A stretch of 64,000 nucleotides of DNA from Flavobacteriaceae bacterium (GTDB lineage Bacteria > Bacteroidota > Bacteroidia > Flavobacteriales > Flavobacteriaceae), in the NCBI GenBank assembly GCA_029238215.1, contig JAQWGN010000002.1, forward strand, positions 235-64,234, written 5' to 3'. Within the stretch, counting starts at the first letter, position 1, and every line of letters begins with the position of its first letter. Shown in pieces: positions 30,678 to 38,848 of this stretch. The position numbers and the translations under genes are program-made. The notes beneath the pieces are model-generated. The model was not told the DNA's origin and searched no databases. It saw nothing but the letters and a program-made list of their open reading frames with translations.

Positions 30678-32442
30678 CACTTCAAAACAAGTTTTGGATG
30701 TAAGCTTATTTAAAAGGCTAATGACATTTGTTGGCCCATACCGCAGCACATTTATTTTTGTTTTGCTTGCCGCAATACTTCTGTCTGGGTTTTCTACACT
30801 CAGTCCATATTTATTAAAAATAACGATTGACGATTATATTACCCTTAAAGATTACGATGGAATGTTGGTGCTTATTGCACTTATGGCTGCCACACTTGTT
30901 TTAGAAGTTATTTTTCAGTTTTTGTTCATTTATTATGCCAATTGGCTGGGGCAACATGTTATTTATGATTTGAGGAACAAATTATACGCGCATATGCTAA
31001 GCTTTAAAATGGCATATTATGATAATTCGTCTGTTGGGCGATTGGTAACTCGAGTTGTAGGGGATATTGAAACGATATCAGGAATTTTTAGTCAAGGGCT
31101 ATTTATGATTATTGCTGATTTGCTTAAGATGCTAATTGTGATGATTGTTATGTGGACTGTAAGTTGGAAATTATCGCTTATTGTTTTTTGTCTTTTACCG
31201 CTTGTACTGTTTGCTACCCGTAAATTTCAAAAAGCCATGAAGTCTGCTTTTGATGAGGTACGTACACAAGTCGCAAACCTTAATAGTTTTGTTCAGGAGC
31301 GTATTTCTGGGATGAGCATCGTACAGCTTTTTGGTCGTGAGCAAATAGAGTCACAAGTCTTTAGAAAGATTAACGACAAGCACCGCAAAGCCTGGCTGCG
31401 TACGGTTTGGTACAATTCTATATTCTTTCCCATTGCTGAACTTTCAACCTCTATAACCATAGGGTTGTTGGTGTGGTATGGCGGTCTTAATGTTATTGCT
31501 GGGACTTCTGGAATTACGTTAGGAATTATCTTTTTATTTATTCAGTTGTCTCAAATGTTGTTTAGACCACTACGACAAATTGCAGATAAGTTTAACACCT
31601 TACAAATGGGTATGGTAGCGGTACGGCGTGTAATGGCGGTGTTAGATACTGAAGAACATATCGATAACAAAGGGGTGTTGCTATCAGATAACCTTCAAGG
31701 AGCATTACGCTTTGAAGACGTTCATTTTTCATACAAGAAAAGCGAACCCGTATTGCATGGTATTTCTTTTGATATGGCACCCGGAGAAACGGTTGCTGTT
31801 GTTGGTGCTACAGGTGCGGGCAAATCTACACTGATTAATATTTTAAGTCGCTTTTATGAAATTGATAGCGGCCGTGTTTTATTAGATGGTGTTTCTATCG
31901 ATAGCTACGATAGATCATGGATGCGCAAACAAATTGGTGTAGTGCTACAAGATGTGTTTCTCTTTGCAGATTCTATTTACAACAATATTACCCTTTGGGA
32001 TACTTCCATAGACGAAGCGACTGTTATTGCTGCTGCAAAAAAAATAGGCGTTCATAAATTTATCATGAGCTTGCCAGGTGGATATCACTTTAATGTTAAA
32101 GAGCGCGGTGGAATGCTTTCGACCGGGCAACGCCAACTGATTGCTTTTTTACGCGCAGCAATTATCCAACCAAAAATTTTGGTTCTTGATGAGGCTACAT
32201 CTTCAATAGACACACATGCCGAGTTGCTAATTCAAAAGGCGACAAAAGAAATCACAAAAGGAAAGACTTCTTTAGTTATCGCACACAGATTGGCTACCAT
32301 ACAACGTGCAGATAAAATTATTGTACTCGACAAGGGAAAAATTGTAGAAGTAGGCACCCATGAGTCATTATTAAAAAATGAAGAGGGTATCTATAAAAAC
32401 CTGTACGAGGTTCAGTTTTTAGAAATGGCACAACCGGTTTAA
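30658..32442 (+). CDS. ABC transporter, fused permease/ATPase (MsbA/exporter type)
   Basis: 594 aa. A 6-TM domain is followed by Walker A GATGAGKST, signature LSTGQRQ and Walker B LVLDEATSSID. Confidence 0.85.
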   Translation: MMSMGTNTSKQVLDVSLFKRLMTFVGPYRSTFIFVLLAAILLSGFSTLSPYLLKITIDDYITLKDYDGMLVLIALMAATLVLEVIFQFLFIYYANWLGQHVIYDLRNKLYAHMLSFKMAYYDNSSVGRLVTRVVGDIETISGIFSQGLFMIIADLLKMLIVMIVMWTVSWKLSLIVFCLLPLVLFATRKFQKAMKSAFDEVRTQVANLNSFVQERISGMSIVQLFGREQIESQVFRKINDKHRKAWLRTVWYNSIFFPIAELSTSITIGLLVWYGGLNVIAGTSGITLGIIFLFIQLSQMLFRPLRQIADKFNTLQMGMVAVRRVMAVLDTEEHIDNKGVLLSDNLQGALRFEDVHFSYKKSEPVLHGISFDMAPGETVAVVGATGAGKSTLINILSRFYEIDSGRVLLDGVSIDSYDRSWMRKQIGVVLQDVFLFADSIYNNITLWDTSIDEATVIAAAKKIGVHKFIMSLPGGYHFNVKERGGMLSTGQRQLIAFLRAAIIQPKILVLDEATSSIDTHAELLIQKATKEITKGKTSLVIAHRLATIQRADKIIVLDKGKIVEVGTHESLLKNEEGIYKNLYEVQFLEMAQPV

Positions 32443-33224
32443 GCCATGTCTTTGGCAATCATTTCTTTTAATTCTTTGTAAGAAGTATAAGAAACTTTTT
32501 CTCCATTTTTAAAGTAGCTAAGGGCTCCTGTTTCTTCAGAAATAGCCAAAACCAAGGCATCTGTTTTTTCGGAAATTCCCAATGCAGCTCTGTGTCGCAA
32601 TCCAAATCGTTTTGGTATGCTTGTTTTCTCTGATACGGGTAATACAACACGCGTAGCCGTAATTGTATTATTTTCGATAATAGCAGCGCCATCGTGCAGG
32701 GGAGCGTTCTTGTAAAAAATGCTTTCAACAACGGGTATTGATAAATCCATACTAACTTCAACTCCTGTCGGCTTTAAAAAATCGAGGCTGTTATTACGCT
32801 CAATGACTAAAAGCGCTCCTGTTTTTTGCTTTTTTAAACTGGCGCAACTTTGAATTAAAATATCAATGTTTAAGTCCGAATCATTTTGAACAGCATTTGC
32901 GTTAAAAATCCTCAAATAGCGACCAAGTACTTTGCGATTGGCCAAATTTGACGAACCAAGCATAAGTAATAGCTTTCTAATTTCTTGTTGAAACACCACG
33001 ATGAGTGCAAAAACTCCCACGCTCATAAATCCGCCTAATATGTTACTGAGCAACTCCATTTTTAGTGCATCCGTAATTTTCCAGACCAAGTAAAGAATAA
33101 CAATTCCAGTGAAAATATTAATTGCTGCCGTGCCACGAACCAATCGATAGGCATAGTAAAGCAGTAAGGCTACTAAAATTATGTCAAGGACATCCAGTAA
33201 ATTGAAATCTAAAAAATCAAACAT
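32439..33224 (-). CDS. cdaA: Diadenylate cyclase (c-di-AMP synthase) CdaA-type
   Basis: 261 aa. Three N-terminal TM helices, then a DAC domain with GALLVIE, DGA and RHRAALG motifs. Confidence 0.85.
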   Translation of the reverse strand: MFDFLDFNLLDVLDIILVALLLYYAYRLVRGTAAINIFTGIVILYLVWKITDALKMELLSNILGGFMSVGVFALIVVFQQEIRKLLLMLGSSNLANRKVLGRYLRIFNANAVQNDSDLNIDILIQSCASLKKQKTGALLVIERNNSLDFLKPTGVEVSMDLSIPVVESIFYKNAPLHDGAAIIENNTITATRVVLPVSEKTSIPKRFGLRHRAALGISEKTDALVLAISEETGALSYFKNGEKVSYTSYKELKEMIAKDMA

Positions 33225-33233
33225 GCCCTAAAA

Positions 33234-34076
33234 TTACGGATTAATTGGGTTTGCTGCGTGGAGTTGTTCCATAAGTCTGATGGTTTCCTTCGCTTCCTTA
33301 ACATCATGCACCCGTAATAACTGTGCCCCTTGGTTTAACGCTATGGTATTTAATACCGTAGTCCCGTTTAGCGATGCTGCAACATCGATATCCAAGGTTT
33401 TGTAAATCATTGATTTACGTGAAACGCCTACTAATAATGGCACTCCTTCTAATTGCAAACTATTTAAATGTCTGAGCAGCGTAAAGTTATCTTCTACAGA
33501 TTTACCAAAGCCAAACCCAGGGTCTAAAATAATATCCGTGATTCCAGCGTTACGGGCTTCTTTAACTTTATTTGAAAAGAAATAACGAATGGCCACTAAA
33601 AGATCTTTGTATGTTGGGTTATCCTGCATGTTTTGAGGTGTTCCTTGCATATGCATCGCAATGTATGGGACTCCTAGCTTCCCTACAGTGGTTAGCATCG
33701 CTGGGTCAAGATTTCCTGCAGAGATATCATTTACAAGGTGTGCTCCTGCTTCAATGGCTTTTTTTGCTACTGCACTTCTGTAGGTGTCTATTGAAAGTAT
33801 AGCTTCAGGAAAGTTTCTGTGGAGGGCTTCAATAACGGGAATAACACGTTTGAGCTCTTCTGTTTCAGAAATTTCATCAACGCCTGGTTTTGAGCTAGCG
33901 CCTCCAACATCAATAAAACAAGCACCTTCGTGCAGCATTTTAGATGCTTGGGTTAAAGCAATATTCATCTTATCATAACGACCTCCGTCGTAAAACGAGT
34001 TAGGCGTTACATTTAAAATCCCCATTATTTTAGGGGTAGTTAGGTCAATAAGATTACCCTTGCAATTGATGTTCAT
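33234..34076 (-). CDS. folP: Dihydropteroate synthase
   Basis: 280 aa with GILNVTPNSFYDGG, IDVGGASSKPG, INDISAG and DPGFGFGK. Confidence 0.9.
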   Translation of the reverse strand: MNINCKGNLIDLTTPKIMGILNVTPNSFYDGGRYDKMNIALTQASKMLHEGACFIDVGGASSKPGVDEISETEELKRVIPVIEALHRNFPEAILSIDTYRSAVAKKAIEAGAHLVNDISAGNLDPAMLTTVGKLGVPYIAMHMQGTPQNMQDNPTYKDLLVAIRYFFSNKVKEARNAGITDIILDPGFGFGKSVEDNFTLLRHLNSLQLEGVPLLVGVSRKSMIYKTLDIDVAASLNGTTVLNTIALNQGAQLLRVHDVKEAKETIRLMEQLHAANPINP

Positions 34077-34152
34077 AAAAAGCAGTTAAAAATATTGGTT
34101 TAGAACCAAATCCTTTCCATTTTTGAGCGAAATTTACAACAAATCAAATCGG

Positions 34153-34689
34153 ATGAAACATACCGAAGCGCAATATTTAGCAGAAGCAACCAAATGCAAG
34201 TCATTATTTGAAAAGAAAATGATTGATTATGGCTGTGCATGGCGCATTCTTCGCACCACTTCATTAACCGATCAGATTTTCATTAAGGCACAACGTATTC
34301 GTACCATACAAGAGGTTCGTGATAAACAAGTTGACGAGGGTGAGGAATCTGAATTTATTGGAATTGTAAACTACGCTATTATGGCACTCATACAGTTGGA
34401 GCTTGGTCCTGCCGATCAACCCGATTTAACCAATGAAGCTGTCATGGCTCAGTATTCCAAACATGCGCTGATTACAAAGGAGCTAATGGAACGTAAAAAT
34501 CACGACTATGGTGAAGCTTGGCGGGATATGCGTGTTAGTTCGTTAACAGATTTGATCTTGCAAAAATTACTTCGAGTCAAACAAATTGAAGATAATAAAG
34601 GGAAAACCCTTGTCAGTGAAGGTTTAGAGGCAAACTTTCAAGACATGATTAACTACGCCTTATTCGCATTGATACACTTAAATAACTAA
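34153..34689 (+). CDS. DUF1599-family protein made of two tandem repeats
   Basis: DYGCAWRILRTTSLTDQIFIKAQRIRTIQE recurs as DYGEAWRDMRVSSLTDLILQKLLRVKQIED, and NYAIMALIQL as NYALFALIHL. The ATG at 34153 is preferred over the TTG at 34123. The folP-neighbouring position is recalled as common in Bacteroidota. Confidence 0.7.
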   Translation: MKHTEAQYLAEATKCKSLFEKKMIDYGCAWRILRTTSLTDQIFIKAQRIRTIQEVRDKQVDEGEESEFIGIVNYAIMALIQLELGPADQPDLTNEAVMAQYSKHALITKELMERKNHDYGEAWRDMRVSSLTDLILQKLLRVKQIEDNKGKTLVSEGLEANFQDMINYALFALIHLNN

Positions 34690-34703
34690 TCAAAATTACA
34701 CAA

Positions 34704-35453
34704 ATGAGAAAGCAAATTGTAGCCGGGAACTGGAAAATGAACCTAGACGCAAAACAAAGTCAAGAACTTATTGAGGCACTTAAAGCCCAGTCGTTAGACT
34801 CAAACGTTTCGGTAGCCATTGCTACTCCCTCTGTACATCTAGCAGCTGCTGTTGCACAGACGCAGGATTCTTCTATTGATGTAGTAGCCCAAAACATGCA
34901 TCAAGCAACTTCTGGGGCTTATACGGGCGAGGTGTCAGCAACAATGCTAAAGTCCATAGGAGTGAATACCGTTTTGCTAGGTCACTCTGAGCGCAGAGCA
35001 TATTTTCATGAAACAGATGCTCAGTTAGCCGAAAAGGTTAATACAGCACTCGACGCAGGCCTAAACGTTATTTTTTGCTTTGGCGAAGAACTTGAAGAGC
35101 GTAAGTCAGGAAGCCATTTCGATGTAGTATCGTCGCAGCTTAGTAAGGCTTTATTTCATTTAAAAGCCAATCAATGGGATCACATCGTATTGGCCTATGA
35201 GCCTGTTTGGGCAATTGGTACAGGGGAAACGGCTAGTCCAGAGCAAGCCCAAGAAATTCACGCACACATCAGAGCAGTTTTGACAGCACAGTACGATGCT
35301 GCCTTAGCAGAAAGTATTTCGGTGCTTTATGGCGGTAGTGTAAAACCGAGCAATGCCGCGGACATTTTCTCTAAGCCTGATGTTGACGGTGGTTTAATTG
35401 GCGGCGCTTCATTAAATGCTGAAGACTTTGCTGCGATTGTCAATGCGTTTTAG
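34704..35453 (+). CDS. tpiA: Triose-phosphate isomerase
   Basis: Contains AGNWKMN, GHSERR, AYEPVWAIGTG and GGASL motifs. Confidence 0.93.
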   Translation: MRKQIVAGNWKMNLDAKQSQELIEALKAQSLDSNVSVAIATPSVHLAAAVAQTQDSSIDVVAQNMHQATSGAYTGEVSATMLKSIGVNTVLLGHSERRAYFHETDAQLAEKVNTALDAGLNVIFCFGEELEERKSGSHFDVVSSQLSKALFHLKANQWDHIVLAYEPVWAIGTGETASPEQAQEIHAHIRAVLTAQYDAALAESISVLYGGSVKPSNAADIFSKPDVDGGLIGGASLNAEDFAAIVNAF

Positions 35454-35455
35454 TA

Positions 35456-36289
35456 TTGAAGAATTATCGGGCATACCATTTTAAAGTTTCTCCATCCAAC
35501 AGCATAGAGATTGTATCTGCCTGGTTGACAACCTTTCCTTTTGAAAGTTATGTACAAACCAAGCAGGGTGTTACAGCTTATGTACAAGAAGCAGAAGTTG
35601 CTGAAATTTCCATTGAAGATTGCCTAGCAGTTCCATTTGATGGGGTAGATGTAATTGTTGAAACTGAGGATATTGCTGCTCAAAATTGGAATGCGTCTTG
35701 GGAAGAAAAATTCCATCCGATAAGGGTCGATGATTGGACCGTACGTGCTTCATTTCACAAGCCCTCTCAAACGCCTAACGAACTTATTATAGATCCAAAA
35801 ATGTCTTTTGGAACAGGGCACCATGCAACCACACAGCTTATGTTGTCACAGTTGATTAAACTGCCATGCATGGGACTTTCAGTCCTTGATGTAGGTACAG
35901 GAACAGGTGTGTTGGCTATTGCTGCAAAAAAGAAAGGTGCTGCACATGTTGTTGGTATCGATATTGAAGATTGGTGTGTTGAAAATGCCAATGAGAACGC
36001 CGAAAAAAATAATGCTACTGCCATTGCATTTAGCACCAATGATGTCACCACACTTACAAGCACAAAGTATGATATAGTTTTGGCAAACATTAATAGAAAT
36101 GTATTGCTAGAACACCTGCCTACTTATGCAGGATTACTTGCACCTGAAGGGGTTTTATTGTTATCAGGATTTCATTTGGAAGATGTGACTGTTCTTACGG
36201 AATTAGCAGAGAAACACAAACTTTCAACATTGAGTCAAACAGCAGAAAATGGTTGGATTTGTTTAAAATTTATACTTTCGTTAGTATGA
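35456..36289 (+). CDS. prmA: Ribosomal protein L11 methyltransferase
   Basis: 277 aa with IDPKMSFGTGHHATT and the LDVGTGTGVLAI SAM-binding motif. TTG start. Confidence 0.85.
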   Translation: MKNYRAYHFKVSPSNSIEIVSAWLTTFPFESYVQTKQGVTAYVQEAEVAEISIEDCLAVPFDGVDVIVETEDIAAQNWNASWEEKFHPIRVDDWTVRASFHKPSQTPNELIIDPKMSFGTGHHATTQLMLSQLIKLPCMGLSVLDVGTGTGVLAIAAKKKGAAHVVGIDIEDWCVENANENAEKNNATAIAFSTNDVTTLTSTKYDIVLANINRNVLLEHLPTYAGLLAPEGVLLLSGFHLEDVTVLTELAEKHKLSTLSQTAENGWICLKFILSLV

Positions 36290-36573
36290 TACGCTTTGAT
36301 CAAACCAAAGAACAAGGGCAACCACAACATGATTTGGCGGTTGCAAGCTCGCGTTTGCATGAGATTATCTTGTATAATGACGAGGTAAACACTTTCGACC
36401 ATGTTATTAAAACACTCATAGAGGTATGTGATCATACTCCTGAACAAGCTGAGCAATGTTCCCTTATTGTACACTATAAAGGGAAGTGTTCAGTAAAACG
36501 CGGTTCCTATGACGAGTTAGAACCAAAATGTATACGTTTACTTGCAGCAGGACTTAGTGCTGAAATCGTTTAA
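36286..36573 (+). CDS. clpS: ATP-dependent Clp protease adaptor ClpS
   Basis: 95 aa from the ATG at 36286, which forms an ATGA overlap with the prmA stop. Contains LYNDEVNTFDHVI and G.C ClpS-core motifs. Confidence 0.85.
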   Translation: MIRFDQTKEQGQPQHDLAVASSRLHEIILYNDEVNTFDHVIKTLIEVCDHTPEQAEQCSLIVHYKGKCSVKRGSYDELEPKCIRLLAAGLSAEIV

Positions 36574-36597
36574 ACCCTTTCGTTTTTTTGAATTGAC

Positions 36598-36605
36598 TAC
36601 ATTTG
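36598..36605 (+). promoter_or_regulatory. Candidate -7 box TACATTTG for the glutathione peroxidase gene
   Basis: TAnnTTTG match 14 nt upstream of the ATG at 36619. Confidence 0.35.
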
Positions 36606-36618
36606 TTAAAAATTGTAT

Positions 36619-37167
36619 ATGCGCATTTTTTTCCTTGTGTTGCTTGTTGCTACTACAGGTTGTGCTCAACCCCAAACTATGAAAGTATCAATCCATTCAT
36701 TTACAGTAGAAGATATTAATGGCGATTCCTTTTCAATGACCTCATTAAAAGGGAAAAAAGTAATGATTGTCAATACGGCTTCAAAGTGTGGCCTTACACC
36801 TCAATACAAAAAATTAGAAGCACTGTATCAGCAGTATAAAGATCAGGGTTTTACCATTGTTGGATTTCCAGCCAATAATTTTATGTGGCAAGAACCAGGC
36901 TCAAATGAGGATATTAAAACGTTCTGTGAAAAAAATTATGGCGTTACTTTTCCAATGATGGCGAAAGTTAGTGTTAAGGGAAGAAGTCAATCTCCGTTGT
37001 ACGCTTTTTTAACTAAAAAAGAACAAAATGGTTCGATCGACAGCTCTGTAAAGTGGAATTTTCAAAAGTATTTGATAGATGCAGATGGTTTTTTGGTTGA
37101 TGTAATTGCTCCACGAACCCAACCCGACGACCCACAGGTTATAAATTGGATTACAAACGCTCAATAA
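36619..37167 (+). CDS. Glutathione peroxidase-family protein with an N-terminal signal/lipoprotein peptide
   Basis: Contains VNTASKCGLTPQY (peroxidatic Cys), GFPANNF and KWNFQKYLI motifs. N-terminus is MRIFFLVLLVATTGC. Confidence 0.85.
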   Translation: MRIFFLVLLVATTGCAQPQTMKVSIHSFTVEDINGDSFSMTSLKGKKVMIVNTASKCGLTPQYKKLEALYQQYKDQGFTIVGFPANNFMWQEPGSNEDIKTFCEKNYGVTFPMMAKVSVKGRSQSPLYAFLTKKEQNGSIDSSVKWNFQKYLIDADGFLVDVIAPRTQPDDPQVINWITNAQ

Positions 37168-37883
37168 TGAAAGTAGATATTCTTGCTATTGGTGCACACC
37201 CAGACGATGTAGAGTTGTCTTGCGCTGGAACACTTGCCAAAGAAATTGCAGCTGGAAAAAGCGTGGCTATACTTGATTTAACACAAGGTGAACTAGGAAC
37301 ACGAGGAAGCGCAGCCGTACGAGCGCAAGAAGCTGATAAGGCAGCAAAATCCCTAGGTGTTGATGCACGTTATAATGCCGGTTTTGCTGACGGATTTTTT
37401 ACGAATGACCGTAAACATCAGCAAGCCCTTATTGCTTATATACGCCTATTGCAGCCTGAAGTTGTGTTGTGTAATGCTACTGAAGACCGTCATCCAGACC
37501 ATGGAAGAGCAGCAAAGTTAGTTACATACAGTTGTTTTTTGAGCGGATTAGTAAAAATTCCTTCTAATTTTGATGGTAAGTCTCAAAAAGCATGGCGCCC
37601 CAAACAGCTGTACCATTATGTGCAGTGGAATCAAGCGCAACCCGATTTTGTTGTAGATATTAGTAAGCATATGGACACTAAGCTTAAGGTGGTCCAAGCC
37701 TATGGGTCTCAGTTTTACGATCCCAATTCCAAAGAGCCAAAAACACCAATCAGTACGGCGAATTTTTTAGATAGTATTAAGTACCGTGCAGCGGATCTGG
37801 GACGTCTTATTGGAACTGATTATGCAGAGGGCTTTACAACTTCTCGTCTGCTAGGAGTAGACCGCATTACAGATTTACTATAA
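37167..37883 (+). CDS. bshB1: LmbE-family deacetylase, bacillithiol biosynthesis BshB1-like
   Basis: MKVDILAIGAHPDDVELSCAGT (PIG-L/LmbE motif) and HPDH. 238 aa from the ATG at 37167. Confidence 0.8.
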   Translation: MKVDILAIGAHPDDVELSCAGTLAKEIAAGKSVAILDLTQGELGTRGSAAVRAQEADKAAKSLGVDARYNAGFADGFFTNDRKHQQALIAYIRLLQPEVVLCNATEDRHPDHGRAAKLVTYSCFLSGLVKIPSNFDGKSQKAWRPKQLYHYVQWNQAQPDFVVDISKHMDTKLKVVQAYGSQFYDPNSKEPKTPISTANFLDSIKYRAADLGRLIGTDYAEGFTTSRLLGVDRITDLL

Positions 37884-37910
37884 ATCCTTTTTGAATTCTG
37901 AAAAACGTAG

Positions 37911-37918
37911 TACATTTG
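37911..37918 (+). promoter_or_regulatory. Candidate promoter of tRNA-His (TTG at 37891-37893, TACATTTG -7 box)
   Basis: A -33 TTG, a 17-nt spacer and a TAnnTTTG box, 13 nt upstream of the tRNA 5' end. Confidence 0.5.
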
Positions 37919-37930
37919 CAGCCTAATTAT

Positions 37931-38005
37931 GGTGGTTGTAGCTCAGTTGGTTAGAGCGCTAGATTGTGGTTCTAGAGGTCGCCGGTTCGAAACCGGTCTT
38001 CCACC
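37931..38005 (+). tRNA. tRNA-His (anticodon GUG) with encoded G-1
   Basis: G-1 + GTGGTTG acceptor, D arm GCTC-AGTTGGTTA-GAGC, anticodon arm CTAGA-TTGTGGT-TCTAG, T arm GCCGG-TTCGAAA-CCGGT, 3' strand CTTCCAC + C73. As folded, positions 5-68 and 6-67 are U-U. Confidence 0.85.
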
Positions 38006-38014
38006 CATCAAAAA

Positions 38015-38039
38015 CCCTCGAGAAATCGAGGGGTTTTTT
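38015..38039 (+). terminator. Rho-independent terminator after tRNA-His
   Basis: CCCTCGA-GAAA-TCGAGGG followed by T6. Confidence 0.75.
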
Positions 38040-38049
38040 GTACAAGTAT

Positions 38050-38087
38050 TTTTATTCTTTTAACCGCAATCGATCTTCGCGGTTGGC
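38050..38087 (-). repeat. Orphan copy of the last 11 codons plus stop of the M28 peptidase gene (38 bp)
   Basis: The reverse complement reads GCC AAC CGC GAA GAT CGA TTG CGG TTA AAA GAA TAA = ANREDRLRLKE*. Matches 38811-38848 at 35 of 38 positions, and all 3 differences are synonymous. Confidence 0.9.
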
Positions 38088-38233
38088 AAAAAATCAACTA
38101 TTTAAGTTTTTTTTATAGTAAATAAATTATCATGTTTTTTTGTCGTAAAACGTGTTTTTAACACTATTTGAGAATGTTTTGTTTCCTATCTAATAAAATT
38201 AGCACTAATCTTGCCGAACTAAATCTTAATAAC

Positions 38234-38743
38234 ATGAATTACAAATTATCAATTTTATTTATTTTAATCACATCTTTAACATATGCTCAATTTGGAGTAG
38301 AAGTCGGTTACTCATTGACTGAAGTTAAAATCACTCCAGGGGATTCAACCTCAGACACCAATGGTTTCACTATAGGTGCTGTACATGACCATGAGTTATC
38401 AGAATCTCTAGACTTACAGAGTGGCTTAGGTCTTCAGTTCTTGGATAAGATCGGAGAGGACTCTAATACACTTTTAGCGTTATCAGCGGAAGTTCAATAT
38501 TATTTAGCAGGTAGAGATAGCGGTTTCTTTGCGCATGCAGGACCTCAATATACCCTAAGATTTAAGGATATAGATGGCTTGAAAAAAGGCGCTGTTAATG
38601 CAGGGTTAGGTTTAGGCTATGATTTTTCAGAGCAGATTTCTTTCAAAGTAACTTATTTAACTCAATTAAGCGATTATTCTGATATTGATGATTTTGAGAT
38701 TAAACGAAGTGGTATAAACTTAGGATTGCAATACTTCTTCTAG
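38234..38743 (+). CDS. Small outer-membrane beta-barrel protein (OmpA-TM/opacity-porin-like)
   Basis: 169 aa from the ATG at 38234. Signal peptide MNYKLSILFILITSLTYAQ, alternating aromatic/hydrophobic beta-strands, C-terminal ...LGLQYFF. Confidence 0.65.
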   Translation: MNYKLSILFILITSLTYAQFGVEVGYSLTEVKITPGDSTSDTNGFTIGAVHDHELSESLDLQSGLGLQFLDKIGEDSNTLLALSAEVQYYLAGRDSGFFAHAGPQYTLRFKDIDGLKKGAVNAGLGLGYDFSEQISFKVTYLTQLSDYSDIDDFEIKRSGINLGLQYFF

Positions 38744-38771
38744 AAAGTATTAGTTTCCAGATATAACAATT

Positions 38772-38800
38772 AAAAAAGCCTCCTTACGGAGGCTTTTTTT
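38772..38800. terminator. Bidirectional hairpin terminator
   Basis: A6-GCCTCC-TTAC-GGAGGC-T7, between the OMP gene and the convergent peptidase gene. Confidence 0.75.
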
Positions 38801-38810
38801 GTCGTTATAG

Positions 38811-38848
38811 TTTTATTCTTTTAGTCTCAATCGATCTTCGCGGTTGGC
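38811..38848 (-). repeat. Resident copy of the 38-bp repeat (the true 3' end of the M28 peptidase gene)
   Basis: Reverse complement GCC AAC CGC GAA GAT CGA TTG AGA CTA AAA GAA TAA. Continuous with the 340-aa ORF. Confidence 0.9.
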
